Shown here: positions 1 to 13,734 of the stretch, piece after piece | How positions within the stretch are numbered: the first letter of the stretch is position 1 | How the letters are laid out: each line of letters opens with the position of its first letter | NCBI RefSeq assembly: GCF_963921235.1 | Contig: NC_086097.1 | Coordinates: 74,340,001 to 74,404,000, forward strand | From: Mobula hypostoma | Taxonomy: Eukaryota | Length of the DNA stretch: 64,000 bases | Reading direction: 5' to 3' | Notes under the pieces: generated by a model | What the model saw: only the letters and a program-made list of their open reading frames with translations | Database searches by the model: none | What the model was told of the DNA's origin: nothing | Translations under genes and position numbers: made by a program

Positions 1-421
1 TTAAAACATTCCTGATGTTAAATTAGCCAAAATAATTTGAGTAATAGGCAAGTGTTTGCATTACTCAGGGTATTTTAAAATTTTCATATTTTATTTCGTT
101 TGTTGTTTACTGTAGAGGATTCAATTTTCTTCCTATTTTCTGAACAATAAGCAAAAAGCATACTCTGATCAAAGCAACAATATACTTTGTTTTATGGCAA
201 ATACCTTCATACCTTACAGGGCCTTCAAAAGTGACCAGATATTCTAAACATTCCTCATTTTGGATAGCTTGCTTTTATGAAGGGGGCTGAGGAGCTTAGA
301 CTGTTCACTCAGTGAGTGTGTGTTGGAAAACTTGCAATGATATAACTATGCCATTCATTAAGTTCAACCAGAATGAGGTTAACATTGTTTTTGCTGCACT
401 TTTTCATTTTCTTGGTCTGTT

Positions 422-458
<37 letters not shown>
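422..458. repeat. (CT)n(CA)n compound microsatellite
   Basis: Directly visible tctctctc...cacacaca tract. Confidence 0.95.
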
Positions 459-1049
459 TACGTGAACGTTAAATGCAAACCTCCAGAATACAGCTGCATG
501 ATGTGCATCTGTGAATTATGCACTTGACTGGTTTGATTTGACCACAAGCAAAATTCTTGCGTATATTAAGGTATCTGAGACACTTAATGTGGCAGCAGAT
601 CAAGCATTAATAAGACCAATATAAACAGAAAGTCAGAGGCAGTGGCATAAAGGCTAGAGGCCCTGTCATGGCTGGCATGGTTCAATCAGGTTTAGGGCTG
701 CCTGAGCTCTGAATATATACACAGGAAGTCATTTTGAATTGTAATGGTGATTAATCAAGGAAAATTAAACCTTAAGCATCAGTAACCCACTCCTTCCTGG
801 CTGCTTTTTGTCTGTTTATTTAGTGTAACCTCTACTGGAGCATAGCTGACCTAGAAATATCAAAAATTGCTGCAATTGCAACCAAGCATAAACAAAGATA
901 TTTAGTAATGAAAGTAATGGCAAAAGAAATTCTTCAGTCGGATCCAATCAACCAACCACAAGATAGGCATCAGTTGAAATATTGCATATTTATTTGTTTG
1001 GTGAAATAGAAAAAAAATTACACGCTGGCTGGTGCATAATTTGATTTAT

Positions 1050-2222
1050 TTATCATCACCTTCCTGGTCCAAATATGGACCAAGGAGCTAAATACCAGAG
1101 GTGAAGTGAGAGTGATAGCCCTCAACATCAAGGCAGCATTTGATGGAGTATGGCATCAGGGTGCCTGAGCTAAAATGGAGTCAAGGGGAAAACCCTCCGC
1201 TGGTTGGAGGTCAATCTTCTCATCCTCAGGATAGCACTGCAGGAGTTCTTCAGGGAAGTGTCCGAGGACCAATCATCTTCAGCTGTTTCATCAATATCCT
1301 TCCTTCCGTCATAAGATCAGAAGTGGGGATGTTTGCAGATGACTGCACAATGTTCTGCACCATTCGTGACTGTTCAGATAGTGAAGCAGTTCATACCCAA
1401 ATGCAGCAGGACCTGGATAATATCCAGGCTTGGGCTGACAAATGGCATGTAACATTCGAACCATGCAAGTGCCAGGCAGTGATTACCTCCAACAAGAGAG
1501 GTCCTAACCATTGTCCCTTGACATTCAGTGGCATCACCATCACTGAATCCCCTAATATCAACAGCCTGGGGGTTACCATTTTTCAGCAAACTGAACTGGT
1601 CTAGCCATATAAACACCGTGGCTACCGGAGCAGGTCAAAGGCTAGGAATCCTGCGGCGTGTAACCCACCTTCTGACTCCCCAAAGCCTGCCCACCATCTA
1701 CAAGGTTCAGGTCAGGAGTGTAATGGAATACTCACCACTCGCCTGGATGAGTGCAGCCCTGTCAATACTCAAGAAACTTGACACCATCCAGTACAAGCCA
1801 GCCTACTTGATTGGTACCCCATCCACAAGCATACAATCCCTCCATCGATGTACGGTTGCAGCAGTGTGTACTATCTACAAGATGCACTGCTACAAGACAC
1901 CAAAGTTCCTAAGGCAGCACCTTCCAGACCCACGACCACTACCATCTAGAAGGACGAGAACAGCAGATACCTGGGAACACCACCACTTGGAAATCTGCCT
2001 CCAAGTCACTCACCATCCTGACTTGGAAACATATCACCTTTCTTTCATTGTTGCTGGGTCAAAAGTCATGGAATTCCCTCCCTAACAGCACTGTGGGTGT
2101 ACCTACACATTAGGGACTGCAGTGGTTCAAGAAACCAGCTCGTTACCACCTTCTCAAGGGCAACTAGGAATCAGCAATAAATGCTGGCTTAGCTGGTGAC
2201 GTCCACATCCCATAAATGAAAC
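1050..2222 (+). mobile_element. Decayed 3' part of a CR1/L2-group (Crack-like) LINE
   Basis: ORFs 1140..1604 and 1528..2085 carry RT motifs (GVLQGSVRGP, MFADDC, LNWSSHIN, VRSVMEYSPLAW) split by a frameshift; 3' end gcaataaatgctgg...cacatccc. Confidence 0.85.
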
Positions 2223-2835
2223 AATTTATATGTGGATGCTGGTAGACCAGTTACTGCTCTCCTGGCCTGGAACATCCAGCAGTCAAATGTCATGCATTTT
2301 ATCTGCTGAGGGAATTTTCCGCCACCATCCTGGTGGCGGTGTACGTTCCAACCCTGGCCAATGACAGGCAGATATAGGAGGAGCTGAGCACCATGTTCAG
2401 CAGTCATGAAACTACACACCCTGATGCCTTCCCGCTCATTGTGGGGGATTTCAACCGGGCCAGATTGAAGAAACCTGTGAACAGTTATCACCAACATATC
2501 ACCTGGGGAACCAGAGGAGCCATCACACTAATCCACTGTTATACCACCATCAAGAACCTCACTGTGCCATCCCATGCCCACACATTGGAAAGTCTGATCA
2601 TCCTACTCCTGGTTTAGAGGCAGGGACTAAAGATCACAGCGCCAGTGTTAAGGACCAAGAGGTGGTCAGAGAAGGTGGAGGACCACTTAAAGGACTGCTT
2701 TGAGTTGGTGCTCAGGACAAAATTATTGGATTCATCTTTGAGTCAGAAGGAACATACCGCAGTTGTCACCAGCTTCATCAAGACCTGGGTAGATAAGTGT
2801 GTGTCTTCGAGAATATACTGGACATACCCTAAAAC

Positions 2836-3608
2836 TTAACCTCCAGGTTGAGTTGGTGGTGAGGAAGGCAAATGCAATGTTGGCATTCATTTCTAGAGAG
2901 GTATAGAGTATAAGAGCAGGGATGTGATGTTGAGGCTCTATAAGGCACTCATGAGACCACACTTGGAATATTGTGTGCAGTTTTGGTCTCCTTATTTTAG
3001 AAAGGATATATCAACATTGGAAAGGGTTCAGAGAAGACTCATGAGAATGATTCATGGCTTTATTACTATTTATTATTTATGGTGCAACTGTAACAAAAAC
3101 CAATTTTCCTCGGGATCAATAAAGTATGACTATGACTATGAAAGGGTTACCGTATGAGGAACGTCTGGCAGTTCTTGAGCTGTATTCCCTGGAGTTCAGG
3201 AGAATGGGGGCAGGGGGGGATCTCATAGAAATATTCTGAATGTTAAAAGGTCTGAACAGATTAGATATGGCAAAGTTATTTCCCATGGTAGGGGATTCTA
3301 GGACAAGAGGGCATGATTTCAGGATTGAAGGACTTCCTTTTAGAACAGAGATGCAGAGAAGTTACTTTAGTCAGAGGGTGGTAAACCTATATAATTTGTT
3401 GACACAAGTGGCTGTGGAGGCCAAGTCATTGGGTGTACTTAAGGCAGAGATAGATAGGTTTTTGATTAGCCAGGGCATCAAGGGGTATGTGGTGAAAGCA
3501 GGGGAGTGGGGGTGACTGGAAGAATTGGATCAGCCCATGATTGAATGGCGAAGCAGACTCGATGGGCCGAATGGCCTACTTCTGATCCTATATCTATACC
3601 CTATGGTC
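2836..3608 (+). mobile_element. 5'-truncated CR1 LINE 3' end nested in the Rex1-type LINE
   Basis: LYKALMRPHLEYCVQFWSP, SRTRGH, FSQRVVNL motifs; 3' UTR gggccgaatggcctact; Rex sequence stops at ~2835 and resumes at ~3609. Confidence 0.9.
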
Positions 3609-5424
3609 AAAATCTGTAGATGAACCAGCTCTATAGTCTGCTGAGGGCTAGATCTGTTGCATTAAAGGTTGTTAATCCAGAACTATACAAGAAGTTCAGG
3701 TATGACCTACAGAAGCAATTTTAAGGGTTTCAAAAACAATTCTGATTGAAGTTAGAGATGGAATCAGATGCACATCTGCTCTGGCAAGGTCTAAAGGCCG
3801 GTACTTCCTTCAAGGCAAAATTGTGATGCTTCGCTCCTAGCTGAGATCAGTGTCATTTATGCACAGTTTGAAAGGTTAGAATAAAACTACCCCTGTGCAA
3901 ATCCCTGCAATATCTGGTGACCCTGCGATCTCTGTCTTGGAGGCCAATGTCAGAACATCTTTCAGGAAGGCCTCAGGCTCTGATGGTGTACCTGGTAGGG
4001 CAGTGGAACCCTGTGCCAGCCAACTTGCAGAAGTGTTCAAGGAGATCTTCAATCTCTCACTGGTACAGTGGCAGGTTCTCACCTGCTTCAAAAGGGCAAC
4101 AATCATACTAGTGCTCAAGAAGAGCAGAATGATCTGCCTCAACAACTATCGCCCAGTTCCATTCACATCTACCATAATGAAATGCTTTGAGAGGGTGGTC
4201 ATGGCTAGAATCAACTCCTGCCTCAGCAAGGATCCTGGACCTGCTGCAATTTGCCTATTGCCACAATGGCTCTACGGTAGATGCAATCTTATTGGCTCTT
4301 CTCTCGTCCTTGGATCACCTGGACAATAGCAACACCAATGTCAGGCTGCTGTTTATTGATTACAACTCAGCATTCAACACCATCATCACCTCAGTTCTAG
4401 TCATCAGGCACCAAAACCTGGGCCTTTGTGCCCCTCTCTGGAACTGGATCCATAGCTTCCTAATCGGGAGACTGCAGTCAGTGCAGATCAGAAATAACAT
4501 CTCTTTCCTGCTGATAATTCACACTGAGGCACCTCAGGGATGCGTGCCTAACCCACTGCTCTACTCTCTCTACACCCATGACTGTGTGGTGAGGCACAAC
4601 TCAAACGTTATCTTTAAATTTGCCGATGATACAACCATTGTTGGCAGAATTTCAGATGATGATGACAAGGTGTACAGGAGCGAGATAGATCAGCTGGTTT
4701 AGTGATGTTGTAGCAACAACCTTGCATTCAACAGCAAAAAGCACAAGGAATTGATTGTGGACTTCAGTATAGGGAAGTCGAGGGAACATACACCATCCTC
4801 ATCAGGGATCAGCAGTGGAAAGGGTGAGCAGTTTCAAGTTTCTGGGTGTCAACATCTCTGAAGATCTAACCTGGGCCCAACATATTGATGCAATTACAAA
4901 GAAGGCACGGCATTATTTCAGTAGGAGTGTGAGGAGACTTGGTATATCAACAAAAACTCGCAAATTTCTACAGCTGTATTGTGGAGAGCATTCCAATAGT
5001 TGCATCACCATCTGGTATGAAGGGGCCACGGTACAGGATCAGAAAAAGCTGCAGGAAGTTGCAAACTCAACCAGCTCCATTATGGGCACTATCCTCCCCA
5101 GCATCGAGGACATCTTTAAAAGGTGATGCCTCAGAAAGGCGGCATCCATCATTAAGGACCCCTGTCACCCAGGACACACCCTCTTCTTATTGTTACCATC
5201 AAGGAGCAGGTACAGGAGCCTGAAGTCACATACCCAAAGTTTTAGGAACAGCTTCCTCCCCTCCCCTCTGCCATCAGCTTTCTGAATAGACAATGAACCC
5301 ATCTACACTACGTCACTTTTTTTCTCTTTTCTTTTTGCTCTCTTTTTGCACTAATTAGTTAATTTAATTTTATATATATATTTCTTATTGTAATTTACAT
5401 TTTTTTTACTATTATGTATTGCAA

Positions 5425-5995
5425 TTAGTAATGATCTTTTAGCAGTCACTAGATTCTTGAAACTGGAGAGGATTCAAAGGAGGTTTATGAAAATGATTCC
5501 AGGATAGAACAGCTTGTCATATGAAGAACATTTGATGGCTCTGGGCCTGTATTCACTGGAATTCAGAAGAACGAGGGTGACCGCAAAGAATTCCACAGAT
5601 TCACCGTTCTCTAGCTAAAGTAATTCCTCCATATCTCCGTTCTAAAAAGACACCCCTCTATTCTGAGACTGTGTCCTCTGGTCTTAGACTCTCCCACCAT
5701 AGGAAACATCCTCCCCATATCCACTCTATCAAGGCCTTTCACCATTCAATACGTTTCACAGAGTGGTGAATCAGCGGAATGCTTTGCCACAAGCAGCTGT
5801 GGGGGCCAAATCTTTGTGTACATTTAAGGCAAAGGCTGATAGATTCTTGATTGGTCAGGGCATGAAGGGATACAGGGAGAAAGAAGGAGATTGGGACTGA
5901 AGAGGAAAATTGGATCAGCTATGGTGAGATAGTAGAGCAGACATGATGGGCCAAGTGGTCTAATTCTGCTCCTATATCTTATAGTCTATGGTCTT
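5425..5995 (+). mobile_element. CR1 3' fragment with an internally inverted segment (~5583-5757 on minus strand)
   Basis: 5455-5582 and 5759-5995 match CR1 3' sequence on +; the middle reads on + like the minus-strand CR1 at 16550-16720. Confidence 0.75.
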
Positions 5996-6517
5996 AATAT
6001 ACTGCTGGTACAAAGCAACAATTTTCATGACATATGCCAGTGATTCTGATTCTGTACTGAATGTGACACCTCTGCAAATATTTCAACAACATATTCTGTT
6101 CTATTCAAGGCAGATGTGCTAAACCATTCCTTCAATTTGTTGACTGGCTTTCTTCTCTCTGCCACGGGTAGTGGATGGAAGGGGTAGAATCTTCCCCCCT
6201 TTTATCAATTATCTAACTTGCGTTATTCTTCATTTGAATCAATGTGTCAATGTTTAATATTACCAATATTCTAATTATTATGATCAAGGCAGTTTTTATT
6301 AAGGGATGATTTTGCAATTAAATAATATTATTGTAATTCACTGGGATGTCCTGAGCCATTAAGTAAATCCTGAGGTGTTGTCACTGTTAAAATGTCGAGA
6401 AATTACACACACCAATGTGGTAATGGTCAGGCGTCTGCCTTAATCTGTTGGGTTAGTGACTATTTTGTCTAAAATAATCTCTAGAATGATTTATTATGCA
6501 AAATAGGAAATGAAATA

Positions 6518-7488
6518 CAGTAGATTCCAGTTAATTGGGCCATTGGTTAATCGGGGTAGTTGAGTATTTGGGACAATGGGACAACTCTTAAAGAACAGAA
6601 ACTAATCAACAAAATAGCCAAGGTTTTCTTCATTTATTTGGGACACAATGCCACTTAATTGGGACAGGAGACTGTTGCCAAATAGTTTCCAAATAACATC
6701 AGGCACGTGAACTTGGTATGGCCATTAAACACTACACTGTGCTTAGAGCAAACAGTTTTTAAATAAACTCAAGAAGAACTGCAGATGCTGGAAGTCCAAA
6801 GCAACACACACAAAATGCTGGAGGGTTCAGCAGGCCAGGCAGCATCTATGGAAAATAGTAAACAATCAACTTTTTGGGCCAAGATCCATAGTTTTTAAAT
6901 AGCGTCAGTGGTGTGTGTGTTCAAAAAGCAGTGATTTTTGTCACTGATAGCTGGTGAGAAATAAGCAGTAAGACAATTCCAAACCGTTTTGCTCACTGTG
7001 GTTTCAAGCATTCAGGGTTGGAAATGTCTGTAACAGCCAGGAGTGAAAATGAAACAATTTCACTACTTCAACAAGTTAGAAATACAAAGAATTTGTGGGT
7101 ATCAACAATCATCTTGAATGTAACAATGAAAATGAAGATTTGGAGGATGCAATTGTCAAAAGCACTGTATGAAGGCAGTTCTTTATCTGCACTGGTTGGC
7201 TGCACTGATTTTGTATATTTACAGTCAGTCAAAAGAACATGGCAGTTTAACATTGATAACTACTAGGAACTAATACACAGTCTTATAGTACTATAGTAGT
7301 ATCAGTACTGACCTAATTTTCACTAAATTTTATTTTAATACATAATTTGTTACTCAGTTAGTAACAAATTACTCAGGTAGTTTATTGTTTTTGTACCTTT
7401 TTTAACTATTTCCATGAAACTTTGGTTGATTGGGACAGCTGCGTAACTGGGCCAAAATATGTTGGTCCCAATTAACCAGAATTCACAA
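6518..7488. mobile_element. Non-autonomous Tc1/mariner (Tigger/pogo-like) DNA transposon
   Basis: TA|cagtagattccagttaattggg at the left end and imperfect inverted cccaattaaccagaattcac at the right end; no transposase ORF. Confidence 0.6.
6766..6889 (-). mobile_element. Penelope terminal-repeat mini-insertion
   Basis: Reverse complement of the Penelope repeat end at ~46480-46590; flanked by the 12-bp direct repeat agtttttaaata (6754-6765, 6890-6901). Confidence 0.85.
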
Positions 7489-7599
7489 TTTTTGCGATTA
7501 ATATTTTAAAAAATTGAAGCTTGGGACACATTTTGAGGTAGAATTCCTCAAAAGTTCCACTCATCTGTCACAAATGCATGACAGTTCGATCGAAACTAT

Positions 7600-8150
7600 T
7601 GATACAATGTGGGTGAACTCTCATATTCCCATCCTCCAGCACTGCAAAATCTCTGGAGAGAGGGGGTTTATGAAATGGATCAATCAATAAATATGTAAAA
7701 TCAGACAAGTAGTTTTGTGGAATTCTTTGCCAGAAAGAAAGGCAGTTGAATAGACCAGTCACAAAGTAATCAACAGGAAGCAGCAGAGACTTGTTTTGGA
7801 ATTCCCTGTATTCGAAGTTCCTGTTCATCCAACCAAGTGGAGGTTCAATTCTTTCGGAAGGATATCACCATGAAGATAAATGACATGCTTTCCCCTGCAA
7901 AGGTGATGTACAGTATCAGCTCCTCTACTGAAGTCAATGTTGGACTCCTGCTCTGGAACCGAGAAATAATGAGATACTTGTTGAAAAGTTGTTATGGATC
8001 AATCTCTGGGAGTCCCGTCCTAGTTTGGAAGGCCACCCAAACAATCCAACCCCTGCAAAGCTAAACTGTCAGTAGACATTTTTGGCACTGAAGCTGATTT
8101 GGAGCCAATGCCCGCTTGTCCCATGGAATAAAGGAAAGCATCCACCAACA
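7600..8150 (+). mobile_element. Possible very old L1/Tx1-group LINE 3' remnant
   Basis: Weak fragments resembling the Tx1 ORF2 C-terminus (DLFWNSLYSK, VMYS, VEKLLW) in the expected order; heavily decayed. Confidence 0.3.
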
Positions 8151-10931
8151 AGCCACAGGATTGGCACCAAGAGACATCAGTCAGCAAATGGGAGAACTCC
8201 AACTCATGCTGTCATTTATTTAGACCACTGGTTATGGAACGGGACAATGTGCATAAACTAAACTCAGAAATCCCCTTTTCCCATCTGGGAACCGTACTCA
8301 AAGACAGGGTGGATCAGAGGAGTGTTTGTGTGTTGTCAGAGCCTCAGCTTCCATTTGCTAGAACAAACGACTAGTGATTTTATCCTGTAGTTCAATACAA
8401 TTTACTTTATGTACAGAACCTGAAAATGTGCAAGAGCTTAGTAGTACTGATGCTGAAACATTCAGTGTCACTGCTAGTTCAATATACCTCACTGAAATAC
8501 TAAGTTTGTAATACCATCCTCATGAAACCCAAGACTGAAGTAGTTTGTTCCCAGGAAGTCAACCTATAGGGTCTCCCAATCCCTGAGTGATTTTTAAATT
8601 TTGGAGTATTACTGCAGGTGAATGGAATGTGAATGCTGTTGTCTATGCTCTGAAAAGTTTACAGCTTTAACACTATTGAGTCATAAATCCATCTGCTTAG
8701 ATCTCATTTGCCAAGCATTGGTGTTCTAGTTAAGTAGAGCCAGAAAACATGTGCAAGTTCCAGCCTGGCTCGAACCAACAGATTCAGAGTTATAATGCAT
8801 ATATCACAATTTGTTAGTGTATTTCAAACCTTGTGCTTTCTCTGTTAAAAGGCTGAATTAAAACACTTTTTGCTGCTGGGATGACTTCATAAAATACTTC
8901 CTCTTTCATATTTTAAAGTATAAAAGTTACATCTGATCATTTGAGTGGAATTGTTGGCTAGATTCTAATGCAAATGGTTCTACTAAATTAATACCTCAAA
9001 GAAGATGCTAACAGGAAAAGCAAGTATTGCATCATTAGAAATCTGAACACAAATGCAGCTTGCGTTGCTTAATTCAGTTGCTTAATAAATTCAGTTGCTT
9101 AGGAGAGGAGAAAGCCCAAAATTGATTAGTGAAATGATAGCCACTCTCCACTGTTTGGCTGGGAAGGAGCAGTGGTGGTCTTCACCTTGGGTCCTGCAGA
9201 GCCCATTACTCACATAGATGCATGGGTGTAGACTTGATAACATCATTACATTGCAAGGACTCAGATGTGCAGTTAATGATGCAGCAAAAACTGGCCACAG
9301 GCAGTGAGAAGGAATGAGACAAAGCGGCAGCCACTGCCATCCAGGTAGAGTGTATCAGTTCTATCGTTCGGCAATTCCCTGCTTCCATTGTCAGAGTCCA
9401 TCTTTCCAGCAGGTCAAGCTATCAACAATTTGATCCAAAATAGTGCACAAAGGGCAACTTCAACAAGTTACGGTTTGTGACAACCGGCTTTGAAATATAG
9501 TCTTTTTTCCCCTCAAATTAAAGAAAGAACTTTAATGGAATCTCTTTGTGGGGTGATTTGATATGCTTTTCACTCGCTTTAGTAATCTTATGCCACTGTG
9601 CTCTTAGAGGTTCATGACACAGAGAAAAAGGTTTCCATTTTGACAGATGTATGTGAGTTGGGGACTCAAAGTACATCATGAGGAAAATTTAATCTTAAGG
9701 GAGCAGCTGAGGTTTACGAGAATATTTTCTATATTTACAGGTACTATTATATCATATTTAATATGTGCACACTTCTGAAGCACTGCAGTTCAAGCCTCCA
9801 ATATGGACATAAGAGTCAGTGGGAATGAAATCATTTGTCCTGGAAACTTTACCATTTATCGTACATTCTGATGGAGGTGAAATATTCCATTAGACAAATT
9901 TAAAGAAGGAGGAAAAGAAGTTACTCCCAACCAACTTTTTTTCCTTCAAAGTGCATCATACAGTCAGATTCTCTGATCATTAGCAACAAATTTGTGCTAC
10001 CTTACTATGTACACTCTTCTGATATCTCCCATCAAGGCAGTTATTGAAAGTATTTAGTTTTGGGAGGTGCAGTGGTCATAAAAGATGCAATATAGTTTTT
10101 CTCTTCTATGTCACAGGGCAGAAGTGTTTTTAATATAATGTCAACTGAACATTACAAATAGTTAGAAGATCTATTTTATCCCTGAACTCGATCTTAAAGT
10201 CATTGCTTCACTTTTATAAAGAATTAAAAGACATATGGTTTCATAAAGTCTGAACAGAAAATTTTGAAGCAGCAAAATCTTTCAGAAAGAATTGAAGACC
10301 CTTTACATTCTGTGTATCATCACCACAACTATAATACTTAAAATGTGATAATAAAGTACATGAAACCTTGGGTGTTCTAATAATTTCAGTTACTTGCACT
10401 AAAAAAGGAGCTGAATTGGTACCTGAGATAAAGATTAAAGGAAATGCAAAGAGATAAATGGTGGAAAAGAAATAACTGGGAATTCTAACAAATAAGCAGA
10501 TCAGCTGGCTAGGTTGGATAAATGCACAGAGTGATAGCATATAAAGCAGGATGTTTCATTCAAACAACAGATCAAATAATATAATAAAGTTCTGATCACT
10601 TGCAAGTATCAGATACTCAAATAATGTAGCCAATTCAGAAGAGGCATGTGCCCAGGCATCAAAGAACTGAGATGTGAGGAAAAAAGTGATTGAGATCTGG
10701 TTTCAGATTGAGACCCTTCATCTTGTAGTTTCAGCCCAAAATATCAACTGTCCATTTCTTTGTGACTGTGTGTTGCGTCCTCTTCAAGTAAGCTGTGGCT
10801 TAGGGAATATGGATGACTATAATGATACAGTTGGCAAAGGTGTTACCTTGTTATATTTTTGGGATATTTTCACCAGGATTTAAATATATAATTATCAAGA
10901 TTTTCAGGGTTTTAAACAAGTGCTGGAGTGG

Positions 10932-12228
10932 TGTTATATACCCCTAGGGTTCATATTTTCTGTGAACTGTCACTTTAAAACGTCGGGAGAATGAGACTGA
11001 CTTTTGGACACTGCTTGAGCTGCTCCAGAGGGGGGGAGAGAGAGAGAGAGAGAGAGGTGGAGTTATTTGATGGACAATCGATGTTATGGTTTCTCTGCAG
11101 TGTGTTTACTTTTTACAAGGACAGTTACAGACACAGAGAAACACATGCTCAGAGTCAAGATGGATCCGATAAATGAAAGACACCAGAGAGTGAGGGTCCT
11201 GGTTTAAACTTTCAGTAGTCCAGAAAGGGGTGAGTTGAGATCGATCCAGAGTATTGATAAACGACTCTCACAAGTACTGCAACTAGAAGAAGTTTGCAGA
11301 GGGGAGAGGAAGGTTTGAAACAGAAGAAATCTAGTGACAAGGAGGTCACTGTTTGGACTCTGTCCTAAGTAGCCCGTAAGGGTGAGACTGAGTTCCATTT
11401 GAATACGAAGGTGTGACTGTCACGTAGTTAATCCACAGGAGTGGGTTCTCTGGTGAGGGGAATACCTTTGTGAATACCACTTGTGTGTTACCCTTGTTTG
11501 GGTGTGGTAGTTCACTGAAGAAAGGCACCCCTGTGGCAAATCACTGTTGGAGTTATTTCGTATGTCATGGAACTGGATAAGTGGCTATCACAGTTGTGTG
11601 TTTGGGGTAACCTTGTGTGGAAATTACCTGAGTGTGATAATCCTTGCTTGGGTTGGTGGTTTTACCACTTGAAGACGGTACCTCAGTGATAGACTACTGT
11701 TGGTGATAATCCATACGTGGATTCTGTTGGAGTATCCTGTGGCCACCACTTTGAGATGTCCCGCAGCTGAATTCAGTTGTGGAACCACTTGTGTTGAAAG
11801 GATATTCGTTGAAGATCACTATCGGTGATATTTCGTGTGTGGAGTGGAACAACTTTGGAGATAAAACCTACTACTATTGTTATCTTGTATTGTTGTCGTG
11901 GAATCTGTGGAATATCGACGTAATTGCCTTCTCACAACATTCACCTTTGGATTACAAATATCTCTCATGAATTAACCTGAGCATTGAACTGAACTATTTT
12001 ACCTACCCTCATAAGACTGTATCAGTTACCACCTAAGCTTGAAGAAGTTTGGGTTTACATTTCCACACCTATATATGCATAAACTTTGCTAACCTGTTTG
12101 ATTTATCTGGTTATATATTACTGTATTACGTAGTTACTAATAAAAATAGAATTCGTTAACAGCAAAACCAGACTTCAGGTGTATTCCATTTCTGCTGATT
12201 CTTTTAACCCATTATGGGGTACGTAACA
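10932..12228 (+). mobile_element. Solo LTR (~1.3 kb)
   Basis: TG...CA termini; imperfect terminal IR (tgttatatacccc / ggggtacgtaaca); 4-bp TSD gtgg (10928-10931, 12229-12232); AATAAA near 12139; internal short repeats. Confidence 0.85.
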
Positions 12229-12520
12229 GTGGTAACATAACGGTTACCATAACACTTCGAAGTGGCAGCAATTGGGTTTCAATTCCTGCCCCATCTATCA
12301 GGAGGTTGTATGTTCTCCCTGTGACCACTGGGCCACCTCTGGGTGCTCCACTTTCCTTGCACATACATTCCAAAGAAGGACGTGATAGTAAGTTGTTGGC
12401 CAGAAGGATGATGACACTTGAGGGCTTCCCAGCACATCCTTGGGCTGTGGTAGTCATTGAGCAAACAACATATTTCACTGTATGTTTTGATGTTTCAAAT
12501 AAAGCTAATCTTTGAATCTT
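12229..12520 (+). mobile_element. tRNA-derived V-SINE-type SINE (decayed)
   Basis: A/B-box-like head and core tgttctccctgtgacc...tctgggtgctcc. Confidence 0.65.
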
Positions 12521-13594
12521 AAGAATAGATTTATCATAATTTTTATGAAAAGCTAATGGACCTGTGGCTGTTGGCTATCAAGTGAATGCAAAATAAATTT
12601 CACCTAATAAAGGGAATTTACATTATTCAACATAACTGTCCAAAGCCCAGGTAAAAATATCAGAATGCCATCTAAGGAAAAATAATTTGCCATTTCAGTG
12701 ACCATTCCCCACTGGGTGTTACGCTTGTTCAGAGTTCTTGCTTCACTGGAAACTATAGATTCGAAGGGGCTAAGTGGCCAGCTTATGCATTTATCTTCAT
12801 TAACACTTTTCTGTCTAATGTGTACGACTGTGTTTTAGTAGTAAATGCAAATTTTAAAGAAAAAGGAAGAATATTAAAAACACAATGCAACATTCTACAT
12901 TTGTGCATATTGATAATGCAGGTTGTAACATTACTCAAAAGCCAATGTTTCACTAGACTATGCCAAGAAGGAGAGTTGCTGGTGACTCAGATGACCTTAG
13001 TATTGATTATTTTGTTCTTGACCCTTGAATACAGCTGACCATGATCTGAAACAAATTAAAATAAGATTTCAGTAGTGTTTACAATAAGCGATTTCAGGAT
13101 TACACTGATTCAGCTCTATCAGTTGGAGATGTGCCTCCATGCGAACAATTTCTTGCTTTATAAAATCAATGCATTGGTCTGCATCTTGCTCTCAGTCTTT
13201 TTTAATCTTTTTTAAAGAGAGTAAGCAAACCTGAATGCAACTGCTGCATTGTTTTGCTTTAATAATTCCTAAAGGTAAATCTCAAGCTATAAATGTTCTT
13301 TAATGTACTTTGTATATACTTCTACAGGCTGACATTTAGTAAAACAAATAAACATGATTGATGAACATTTTTTGTAATAAAGAAGGAGAAACTTCTGTGA
13401 CTGACATGCATTATGCATCATGTTTGATGCTTTTAGTCCTCACTTCAGCTATATACTAATTTCTAAATATAATGAGCAGCATAGGATATGTCATATTTAT
13501 GTATAAAGGTATGAAGAATCAACTTTTGTAAATAGGTGTGACAAGACTATGCATTCCTAAATAATCATTAATATAAATGATCAATATAGATTAT

Positions 13595-13734
13595 AAACAT
13601 GAGAAAATCTGCAGATACTGGAAATCCAAGCAACACACACAAAATGCTGGAGAAACTCAGCAGGTCAAGAAACATCTATGGAGAAGAATAAACAGTCGGT
13701 GTTTTGGGCCAGGACCCTTCTTCAGAATTATGCT
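13595..13734 (-). mobile_element. Penelope terminal-repeat mini-insertion
   Basis: aaacatgagaaaatctgcagatactgg... matches the reverse complement of the Penelope repeat end; TSD atatagattat (13584-13594, 13735-13745). Confidence 0.85.

Larger units (their letters stand above)
2230..6056 (+). mobile_element. Decayed Rex1/Babar-type LINE interrupted by two CR1 insertions
   Basis: APE motif IVGDFN (ORF 2393..2617); RT motifs LNNYRPV, LQFAY..STVDAI, LFIDYNSAFNTI, PQGCV, KFADDTT, FKFLGV; the 3' tail (aattttcatgacatatgccagtgattctgattctg) resumes at ~5996 after the second CR1. Confidence 0.85.

Noticed and set aside
9065..9101. Short tandem duplication aattcagttgctta
   Set aside because: Trivial local slippage duplication.
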